Below, piece after piece: positions 53,404-64,000 of a stretch of DNA of 64,000 bases. Made by a program: the position numbers and the translations under genes. A model generated the notes under the pieces. That model worked only from the letters and a program-made list of their open reading frames with translations. It had not been told where the DNA came from and searched no databases. Each line of letters starts with the position of its first letter. Within the stretch, counting starts at the first letter, position 1. The stretch is from contig JASANG010001737.1 in the NCBI GenBank assembly GCA_030248215.1, positions 558,001-622,000 of the forward strand, given 5' to 3'. Origin of the DNA: Enoplolaimus lenunculus. Taxonomy: Eukaryota.

Positions 53404-53631
53404 GGCCCATGTTACTTTTTAAGGGACGACCAGGTTTGTGGCGGGTCCATAAAAGCGTAGGTTTGGATTATAGACGACATTTTTTGCTTTGGCGTAGGCT
53501 TAGATCTTTAGGACCTATTTTTACAACGCTTAGGCTTAGGCTTAGGAATTCATTTTGCAACGCTTAAGTTTGGGCTTTTAGGCTTAGGAATACGCATCAT
53601 CAGGAGTTACGCCCCTAAAACTAACATGGCC
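53404..53631. mobile_element. GGCC-ended MITE
   Basis: Perfect 8-bp TSD aaactgtg. Confidence 0.8.
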
Positions 53632-53643
53632 AAACTGTGGATA

Positions 53644-53812
53644 CGGGCCCGTAGCCAAAACGAGGACCAGGGGAGCTCAGCCCCACCCCCTGAAAAGATT
53701 TTGACCGCCTAAAAAATTTTCAATCTTGCTTGTCACTCATTGAACACCGATGAATGCCCCGCATGGACAATTTTTAGGCCCCCCATAGTAAGGTGAGCTG
53801 GCTACGGACCTG
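53644..53812. mobile_element. hAT-like MITE
   Basis: cgggcccgtagcca / tggctacggacctg; TSD tgtggata / tgtgtata. Confidence 0.7.
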
Positions 53813-54047
53813 TGTGTATAAGTTTCGCGATTGCAAAATATTTGCTATATTCCTTACATTCATCCCGGCAACCCCGAAGCCGAAGGGTTCCAGCACTGTT
53901 TAAAAATCCTACAACCGTTATCTGCTATCCGGCGGTATCCGTTGAAATAAAAATTAAGAAACACTTTTTTATATTTTTTGTTTTGGCCAGAACTGATCTG
54001 TTCCAAAGTATTTTTTTTGATTGCCATGTTTGTTAAACATTTTTCTA

Positions 54048-54256
54048 CACTGCAAAAAATGGTGAGTCAAATTGACTCGCTCTGAAATAGTCTCTACCGG
54101 ACGATACAAACTGAGTCAAATTCGACTCAACCAGAGTCAAATTTGACTCACTGTGTCTCATGTTTGACTCTGGCAGAGTCGAATTTGATTCAGTTTGTGT
54201 AGATACGTAGAGCCGATTTCAGAGAGAGTCAGTTTGACTCATCATTTCTTGCAGTG
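54048..54256. mobile_element. CACTG..CAGTG palindromic MITE
   Basis: Same family as 52746-52956; TA flanks. Confidence 0.8.
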
Positions 54257-56388
54257 TAAATTTAATCAAATATTCGGGTCACTACAGTAGATTTATAAGA
54301 ATATATAAAGATAAGTTTTCCTAGTGTAAGAAATCTTTTACTGTTGCCGATAAATTTCTAAAATAGGTCGTTCTTCGGCCGTAGTTGCCGGACTAATTTC
54401 GGGTCAAGCTAATTGGATAAAATTGCATAGTTCATGTCCTGCTTGCTAGTCTATTTATTTTAGGTATAGCATTTTCTTAAAAAGAAGCAATTTCTCGTCA
54501 TTTCGCTAGTGACCCTGTCAGCCGTCCTCTGAACAAATTCATGTGTTAATTAAAAGAAAACTGTTTATAACATTAGTATTGCGAGCGGTACCTGCAGCTA
54601 CTTCCTCCCGGAATCACTAGACATTAACCGACCTAATAGAGTTGGATTAAGCTTTAGACTAATTTTTCGCTCAAGTTTACACTTACGAGGCGTTTAGCTT
54701 ATGTTTATCTATAGGTTTATATTCGTATACGCTGAACCTTATACTGGGCTTAAGAATATGTTTCCATACTACCGTTATACTCCTTAAAGCAACATTGGCC
54801 TGGTTAGACCAACAAAACGGTAGAGTCTAGACGTAATATATTCTAGATCTGAATAGTGATGTATTGACAATAGCCAAACGAATCAAAAGAAGAATACACA
54901 ACCATTTTTTTACCTAAAATTTCAAGGTAATCTTTTGAAGCCTGTAAGTGGTTTGTTTTGAAACGTTGCCACGTTGACCGTTTTAAATATTAATATCTGT
55001 ATATTGTGTCGTATGAAATCATATTTTTGCTTTACAAAGCTACGTAACTCAACCTGATTGGTTTGCTAGGAGGTGCAGGCGAAACATGGTAAGAGAAATA
55101 TAAACGGCTGCAGCTGGTTATGTATTACAAATATATAAAAACAAAACTAGCGAACCAGAAATTATTAATATATGGTGTTAAAAATGCAATTCTAATCGAT
55201 AAAACAGCACCCACTTAACCATCATCGGTATTAGTTAGCTATTTACGAGGGATGTGAACCCGAACGGTCCGGAATTTCTCTATGGCGTGATCCATAGAAT
55301 GCCGTGGTTGTGATATCACGGCTAATCCTGGAACGGATTGCGTCGGACCGGTTAAACACGTAAGTATCACAAGCACAGTGCAAATACAGGGTGTTTCAGA
55401 AGTAACTAGTCACACTTTGTCAATCAATATCTTCCGGCGTAATATTTCGCAATGGTTGTTTATCGCTGTTTTTAATATTTCAGGTTATTATAAATATATA
55501 CTGTTTATACCATGGATTCCCCATTAGGGAAAGTATGCTCCGACTACAAATACACTGACCCAGCGTAAATGCGGCCAGGTCCGTATTACTACTAGCTAGA
55601 TCGTCCAGGTTGGGATCATGTTCATTGCTGTAGGAATCCTATGCGAGGATAGTATTTCTCACTTTTAAGGCTGAGCAACCAATGGCATGGCCGATCCATG
55701 ATGGGGAAACCCTGGTTTAATAGGCCCTTCACAACACTGTCAAACCTTCAATTTTGTATTAACCTTTAATGCTAATTTTAGCGTTTGGTTTTTCGTTGGC
55801 TTCGTTCGCGAGTTTCCACCCCCCTGTTATATCTCTACCCTTCCTTTTGGAAATTTCTCGTTCCGCCTCAGAGTAATCGGCAATAATTAACCCGTACGGA
55901 TCGTTTATAGTCGTTCAAACGCGAGATATTTTCACTGTCAAGTGAGCGAGCATGATTTAGGTATACATAGCCAATAAAAGGAACAGCTGTAGACAGTTGG
56001 ACTAAAACACATTACGTCACCCCCTGTAAATTTAGCAGAATTTTTTTAACAAAATTTGAACATCAAATTCAAAATTTAAAAACAATTGACGTTTTGGTTT
56101 TTGGTTTCTCGCATCGGGCTGTGGTATAAGCTTTAGCCTCTGAATATGTTGAGTTTTCGTTGAATTCAACCTATCATATCGATATTGGTATAGTTATATT
56201 AATTTGATGTTACTAACGCGACAATGTTTTATGGTAATTGAACCTTGTTAAAATTACAGAGAAACACATCTTTTTTGTTAGTAAAAAAGTCAATGAGCGT
56301 TATTAACAAAATACATTTAATCCACTGTTTCATATGCGTTGTTACTAAACAGGTTCATATGATTTTTAGTTTGGTCTCAAGGCACCAC

Positions 56389-56647
56389 ACGTTGGTTATG
56401 TTTATATCCCAGTCGGCGCTTTTTATCGAAACTGGGATCAATGTACGGTCAGATCCGTAACTGTAGTATAAACATGTTTTTAAGCCTAAACCTGAGCTTA
56501 AAGCCTAAGCGTAAACTTATGCCTACGTTGGTTCTGTTATATCGCAGTCGGCGTTTTTCCGAAACTGGAGTCAACGTACGGTCAGATCCGTAACTGTAGT
56601 ATAAACATGTTTTTAAGCCTAAACCTGAGCTTAAAGCCTAAGCGTAA
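56389..56647. repeat. Direct tandem duplication (~135-bp period) spanning a MITE end and its flank
   Basis: acgttggtt..gtacggtcagatccgtaactgtagtataaacatg..gcctaagcgtaa occurs twice. Confidence 0.85.
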
Positions 56648-57563
56648 GAATAAATTTATGCCTAAGCCTAGGCGAAAAATATATAAAGCAAGCTTTACTC
56701 TATAGCAGTCCCGCAGAAAAACGTTTCACCCATAATCTTTACATGGGCCAAAACTGGTTTGACAATTTTAACGTTCTGGCATATTTAAGGTATGCTCATC
56801 AATCTCTCGTGGTGTTTCTGTTTGACAAAGAATTCGGTAAATTATATACCGTTTGCTGTGGCTATTAATAATGAGTTGAGTGGAATGATGTTAAATTTAT
56901 ACCCAAATGTAAAAATTCAGAATAGGTGTTTGACCAAAGTTGATGGTGTCCTGATTCGTGACATTTTTCTCATTGACTTCAAGATTTTGCGAAAGCAATT
57001 TTACTCTGAGTTCAGCCCATGTTACTTTCAGAGCCGTCGCACATTTTTGTACGGCTGTAAAAGAATAGGCTTAGATTTTAGACTAGATTTATTGCTTGAG
57101 ATTACACGAAAGCTGATTCGGTGTCGTCGAGTGAATTATCTAACAGTTTAGATAAAATTTGACGGTAAAACGTATATTAATGGGTTAATATACTACTTAT
57201 TTCTTATACTATAACGGAGAATCCATTTAAATTAGGCTTAAGAATATAGTTTTGTCAGCTACTTTGGCTTAGGAACATGCTAAATCAGTTACGGCCCTAA
57301 AAGTAACATTAACCCTAAGCTCTATACCGCGCATCTTTAACCAAATTACTTTTATTCTGTTTACCCCGAAGCTAGTGATGTTTAACTAGCAAAACTGCGC
57401 AATATTTCCTCAGGACCCCGTAGAGTGACAAATGTTGCATGTTAATTGTTCGGCTTGACGAGTGCGCTAATACTGCAACTTATGAGCAAGTTTAGTGTTA
57501 CTAAATTAATTATGTATTTGTTTTACCCGCGGAGGTTATGTGGAAACGTCGCATTCGTTTTAT

Positions 57564-57899
57564 CAAGAGTGGATGATCACTCTTTATAACAAGAGTGTGC
57601 AACTGGGTATATTCCGTGTATTAAAGAATGTTCCTGGCACGCGTTGCATTTTTGTTCGACCCCCTCTCAACCAGGGGTGGGGTTTAAACAAGAGATTAAC
57701 AGTATACTTCAGTACACCTACCCCCCCTTAAACAAAGGGGGTTACAACAATTTCCTCCTTTACTACGATATAAAACTGCATAAAGACCCCCTAAACAAGG
57801 GGGTAGGCCAAAAACGCAACGCGTGCTGAGTATATTATTTAATACATAGAATGTACCCAGTTGCACACTCTTGTTATAAAGAGTGATCATCCACTCTTG
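57564..57899. mobile_element. CAAGAG-ended fold-back MITE
   Basis: Long TIR caagagtggatgatcactctttataacaagagtgtgcaactgggta; 7-bp TSD gttttat / gtttcat. Confidence 0.85.
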
Positions 57900-58756
57900 G
57901 TTTCATCGACAGTGAACAATCGCTACTATTAAACAAGAGTATGCAACTGGGCACATTCTGTGTTGAAAAGAAACGAATGTATCCGACACGCGTTGCGTTT
58001 TTGCCCAACCCCTTTATTTTGAGGGCGCGTACAACCGGTGCGAACCATGGCACGTTATATATGCGGCGTCACACATGCTCCCCTTATAGTTTAATTTAGG
58101 GTATTCATGTAATAGCGACCCCCTCTGTAAACAAGGCAGGGTCGGCCAAAAACGCAACACCCGGTGGTACAATTTGTACCATGCGGTGGACCGCAAGAAT
58201 TGCACACTGTTGTCATTATCGACTCTTTGTTTGATGTTATATTTGAAACATTGTTACAGCGTTATTCCTGGTAACCGTTAATTTAAGATATTTGTTGTGT
58301 CCCAGAGCCGATAACGAGAATTTATCACAAGGTTACAGTCAGACGAAGCAAACTCTAATTCCCTTTGGTAAATTTAATTATATTCAGTGCCCAAAGGTGA
58401 TACACAATTGCAACCTGCAGTATAATTAGCAAGTCATAAACGAAATATTAATATTTTTCTGATTATTGCAAACGACTATTTTTAGATGATTATGCCTACA
58501 CTTTAGAATTTGATTTTTCTAAAGTTAAAAGTTTTAGTTGCGAACGAATACTGCTAAATCAAGTGATGTATCAAATTGCCGTATTATCGAAGTGCAGTAC
58601 GAATACGCTCGCTGATCCAAGGCGACACAGAGGCCATATTATTCCTTCACAGAAATCAAAACCAATTTTAGCTTTTAACATTTAGCACTAAAATTGTGTT
58701 TGGCTTTTCGCTCGTTTCGCGCACGATCTTGTGGCAATGTATCATATATATTTCGT

Positions 58757-58886
58757 GGTCAATGTTACTTTTCGAGGCGTAACAGTAGGCCTAAGCCTAC
58801 GCCTAAGCAAAAAATGTACTCTAGAATCTAAACCTACTCTTTTAGACCAATCAGAAACCTGGACGCTCCTTAAAGTACCATGGGCC
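58757..58886. mobile_element. GGCC-family MITE (short)
   Basis: Perfect 8-bp TSD tatttcgt. Confidence 0.8.
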
Positions 58887-61800
58887 TATTTCGTGATAAA
58901 AACAGTTTTACACAATGATAATTGAGATATTAAAACGACGACCTAAGACGAAAATTGACTCAAATATTTAAAGTTTTATAAAGTTAAAATTCAAGCTAAC
59001 AGACCTTTCAGTTTTCTGCATTTTGATTCGTTTTTTTCATTTAACTTCCGTCAATTATGTGCTCAAATTGAACTTACAATCTCAACTGAACTTGAAACCA
59101 AAATTAAGTTTGGCTGGACCGGGAATCAATCCATCATTGCTATATTACAGCGTTTAGTCATTACTGTGAGAAGTTTGTGATTTGCTAGTTTCACGGTCCC
59201 TAAATCACAACTTCATGTTTGTTCTATTTCGCTATCCGCCCTGACTTTGTGAAGCGGCCGGTAAATGTTTATTGCCCCACCCGAATACGAATATAACACC
59301 GATTATTATACAAGTACGACACTAGATCGAATGTCCTAATCGAGAGCCTAATCCGAAATCTTTGACGATTGTGCCTAAATTCCATTTAATCCAGCCCCTG
59401 GCTCACATATACTAATGTTTTTTTCAAATCCCCAGAAAGTTGTGAAATCGCAACACCATTAGAATTACACTCCAAAATCCCCAGGTCCTAAGCCGTGTAT
59501 TCTAAGCCCGTTGTAGATACACCAATTTTCCGACCAAAGTAACCCCGTTAGAATGGTCCAATCCGATGTCGAATAGCAAACCGTACCCCGTTAAGTTTAC
59601 TAAACTACAATTCCCCAGGTTTCCTTTAAATCCCCAAAATTCCCGCAATTACTCCATAACACTAGCAACCTAGTACTGGGTAGCCAACGATGCGCCCTGC
59701 GCACTGTAATAACAAATGTCCATGATTTCCTTCACATACTAGCCACCGTGGCAACTCATAAGTCCAATGTTACTACGTGACTACCCCAAACAAACTACCA
59801 AACCGTTAAATTCGGTAAGTTTCCAAAAGTATGCAATAAAAAAAGACAGAAAACGACTTAAAACCAACTACTTCAAGTTCAACTAACTATGATCTGGCGC
59901 TGATTCCGGTCCTGGCTACCTATATGCGACTCGACTTAATTTGCATACAGACTGACACCCGCATATTAGCAGATGTAGCCAATACATGTATGAAACGTTA
60001 TTTAATGGCCAAGCAAGGCCCAGGCCGTATAACATTAATTTATACTTTTTACGCCTTCTAGCAACGCCTATTAAGCCTAACTAAAGTTCTAAAAGAGACT
60101 AGGTGGAGCCAGGGACTCCCATAAGGTGTGGTTTAAGATTTTGTTTTAGTTTTATGTGTTGGTTTTCTATTTGAAATATAATGAAGAGTGGCAAAGCCAC
60201 ATACAATTAGCGTAGCCACTGGGGTTCAAAGGTAAAACTAGCTTTGAGATTTTTGTTCAGAGGTTTTCAGAAAGTTTTTCAGTTGGTAACACAAGAACTC
60301 CCTATTCGAAATTTTTATACAACTTAATTTTTTTTGTTTCTGAAATCTTAGATATGCATCTGTGTTTGTTTAAATATAAATGTATACAAACCAGTGGCGT
60401 ACCGAGGAATTCCGATTCGCATTTGCGAGGGCCGGAACCCAAAGGCGACTAAAATACTGGCCGTTGAAATGGAACTGGCAAATCGTTAACGATTATTCAA
60501 CAAAACCCTATTCACACGTAAGTACAAGCGTTTGCATCGAGAACTCGCAACTGAAACTTGTACGAAATACTTGCAGCTGCAATTATTTGTAAACAAACAT
60601 AACTTTTATTCGGAATCTTGTCATGAAATTTATACTTGAATATAATTTGCAGACGATTGCAATAAACTATAAAACATAATACATAAACCATCAGTTCAGA
60701 GATTGCAGTTGAATTAATCGCTTTGCAAGGCTATTCATACCTTCGAATTCATTCTTCGCGTATATCAATAAATGAATATATTGCAGCTGCACATTCTTAG
60801 AATAAGTTTTTGAAAAAACTTGCAGTTTAAAGTTTCATATGTATAAATAATATTCACGTGTATAGAAGGTATTTACTCAAAATTTCTTCACTTGAAAAAG
60901 CATTCATACCAATGCAATTTGTATTTAGTGCTCAAAAATTTTAAACTTGTCCCGTCAGTATCGACGTTGGTTGCGAAGTATTAAACAAATTCGACATTTG
61001 AATTAATTCAAACTTCTTCAATAAATTCAAAACGTCTGAATTAATTCAGACGCACTCAACAACAGGTCTTACGATTGGCCAATAAAAATGCATGTGCAAG
61101 AAATGACTTGCAATTGCATTCACACGTGCGAATTAAATTCAATAGCATAAATTCTGGTAAATAATTAGCAGCTGCAAGAACTTCAAAGCTGTTTTATAGC
61201 CAAACTTTGCAGAAGCAACTTGCACGTGCAAGTTGTTGATGCAAAAAACTTGCACGTGTGAATAGGGCTTTAGGCATGAACCATCAACGAAGAATTTTTT
61301 AAATTACGACAAATGGCTGTCCTCGTGGTCCACTTCAGACGCCAACTTATTTCGTATATTTCTTGGCCTATAAAACCTTTAGACATTTTGTGCCTAAGCT
61401 TACGCTTAGGCTTAAAAAAGGATTAAGTGTAAGGTCTTAGTAGTAAGTGTAAGTTGTTCTTTACGTTTTCGTTTTGGATTACGTTTAGGCTTTAGAAATA
61501 TGCATATACTACTGTTTACGGCCCTGTTCTATATATACTGGCCTTTTTGGCCTACCTTTATGAACCGTTCCTATCGAAGAAATGGTATTCGAATAAAAAA
61601 TGTAATTTTATATTTTTCACTCACAAAACCGAGTTGTACTTATTTGGTGTTTTGCTCGTCCAAAGATACAAATTTTGTTGCCTCAGGTACTTAAAACCGA
61701 GTACTCTGTCATTATAGAAACAGATATTTTTAATAAACATTTAATATCGTACCACAATGTATCAATCCGAAAAACGCGTTTCATATCTCATAAGGAACTG

Positions 61801-62480
61801 TTTATTGACAGTATATATGCCGTAGTCCAAGTCGTATATAATTCAACCGAACTCCAAATTAGGCTAGTCCAAAGCGGAATTACAACTTAGGCTAGCCAAG
61901 GCGGAATTAAATTTGATAAACCTGCGCTTTTTCTGACTGGCTACTTGATAGCCACAAGTTAGCGTAGCAAAACAAACTGCTTGGTAGCCAATAGCTAGTT
62001 AACGATTATCTGGTTAATGAAAAAACAGTATTTGCATTATCCGAGGCGAAATCTGTGTTCCACAAAATGTACCACCCGGCCGTTGCGTTTTTGGCTGACC
62101 TCCCGTATTCAGGGGGACACTAGTTAACGCTTGAAACGCAGCACACGTATGGGTTTTAAAATATAAGGTGGACACGCGACGTGCCTTGGCTACATTCTTT
62201 TGTAAACAGAAAGTACGCAGTTGCACACTCTTGTAATAAGAGTCATTACCGACTCTTGGTTAAACTATTGCCCGATGCCGGCCTCTTTGAAAGTTTAACT
62301 TTACTTCAAACCATGAATTACTGGAATTGTGCGGAGGCAGAAGTCGCTGTCAGCTTAACAAACACACTAAAACTGTCACTTGCATATGCCATGTTCGACA
62401 ATATTTTTACACAACTTAAAATCATTTAGTAGTTCTTCATTAACATTTCAAGATTTTTTCAATCAATACTTAGAAATGTT

Positions 62481-62619
62481 GGCCCATGTAAAGATCAGGA
62501 GCAGAACGTTTTTCTGTGGGTCTGCAACAGAGTAAGTTTAAATTTCAGACTAATTTTTTTTGCTTGGCTTAGGTTTAGGCTTAGGAATATGCTTATAATA
62601 CTGTTGCGTCCCATTGGCC
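62481..62619. mobile_element. GGCC-ended MITE
   Basis: ggcccatgta..cattggcc; perfect 8-bp TSD gaaatgtt. Confidence 0.85.
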
Positions 62620-63180
62620 GAAATGTTTACCAATTTGCTTGAAAATAGTTCACGTTTTTGTCCTCTAACAGGACCGATGTTGAAATAATCGCCCATCCCC
62701 AAACAGGTCGGAGGGGCCCCCTAATAAAATCTTTCGAAGCTCTATAACTTCGTGGCCCGCGAACTGGGGGGGGAGTGGGGTGACAATTTATCAGGAGGCG
62801 ATTACAAGAACTTTCGTTGACTTACAAACAAGGTTGAGAATTATCTAAAGGGGCTAAAAAAAATTTTCAACAGGACTGATCCTGCCTCGGCTGCGCGCAC
62901 GAATGGTGTGTACTACTGCTAACTGACATATAAAAATTCTATATATACACTGGAGAAAGCTAATTACGAACATATGTTTCTAAACCAGTTGATTCTAGAA
63001 CATAACTCAATTCAAAGTCTTCTATTTGCTCTCAAACAGTAGGCGGAAAACGTCACGTATTATAATTGCTAATGAGTTGAACAAACACGCGTCAACAATT
63101 TTCAGTTTTATACAACCAACAGCGTAATATATTATATTCAGTTTAAAAATAAAGTGGATTGATGGCAAAATTACTCTTAA

Positions 63181-63442
63181 CCCTTTCTCACATGGATATT
63201 TTCTATTTCCCCTGAGACCTACTTTTATGCTAGGATTCTAACTCCAGTGACTGGAGTGGAAGGCGTATACCATCACCACTCAGCTATAGGAGCTTGACGC
63301 TCGAGCCCGAGGGGCTCTCACGTCTTGTGGTGATTTAGTACTATGTATACGTGTTGCAATTGTTAAACACGGTACGATATATACTATTTAACGTATATAC
63401 ACTGCGCTGAGTTGCCTACACGCAACTCAATGTGAGAAGGCG
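63181..63442 (+). mobile_element. piggyBac-like MITE, copy 3
   Basis: TTAA flanks; near-identical to 19334-19596. Confidence 0.85.
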
Positions 63443-64000
63443 TTAAACATAAGTTCAAGTCTATAGATACAATTAGCAGTTTAGCTGTTACATTTGAATC
63501 GAACTCTCAAGCTACGTCTTATCTCAACCGATAATGCTATTTTAGTCGGTCATACTTCTTCTCCGAAAGCGACCGAATTATAGTTCTTTGTTTTAGTTGA
63601 GAATTTTACTTCGAACGCAAATCAGCAACATATGATAGGCAGGACATATGAGTACGGTAGCGGCAGGGCCGGCCGGCCAGGTACAGGCGCGGACGTAGTA
63701 AGTAGTCGACACAGCCGGCGCCAACCGCATACAAATTTTGGTAGCAAAAATTGACCACTGTATAATAAACGTCAGCTATCATGAAATGCCGTTTTTATTA
63801 AAATTTTTGAGTTAAGATTCAAACCGCGGCCACTCGGTTAAAATGTGTATAACACCATCTGTCAGGTATATAAGAGCGTGAGACGTTCGAACCCTTCAGC
63901 CCATGTGTGCCCTCACGTCTTTTAAACATCTTATACTGTACCTATGTGCTTTAATTATAATTGTTAAATTTTGACTATTGCAGAATGTGCACTTAAAGCA

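Noticed and set aside
59290..59810. Mitochondrial insertion or retroelement fragment suggested by C-rich strand skew
   Set aside because: No frame gave recognisable mitochondrial or RT motifs; recurrent AATCCCCA/GCAAC motifs fit an old DNA-transposon remnant. BLASTn/BLASTx would settle it.

Overview
AT-rich, intron-rich animal (invertebrate-like) genomic DNA; the species cannot be determined from sequence alone. Positions ~1.0-46.9 kb hold one large + strand gene, assembled by hand from GT-AG splice sites and reading frame. It is 5'-incomplete and has 43 exons encoding ~2,220 codons in this window. The protein has at least 31 tandem sushi/CCP domains, nearly all one per phase-1 exon of 171-192 nt. 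These are followed by a ~55-60 aa stalk and a divergent class B2 (adhesion/secretin-like) 7-transmembrane domain with a short tail ending at TAA 46875-46877. No GAIN/GPS domain can be found, and 30 of the 31 CCPs lack the canonical Trp. The CCP array has a higher-order (C-A-B)n / (C'-D)n repeat structure. Splice-junction codons turn some exon skips into stop codons. The array also contains two fold-back exon amplifications and decayed pseudo-exons. Introns and the 47-64 kb flank are dense in short non-autonomous DNA transposons: GGCC-ended TTAGGC-containing elements with 8-bp TSDs, CAAGAG-ended elements with 7-bp TSDs, and hAT-, piggyBac-, CMC- and Harbinger-like elements. There is also a tRNA-like SINE head and several minisatellites. 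No second gene is confidently supported. Most entries in the ORF track are partial exons or spurious.
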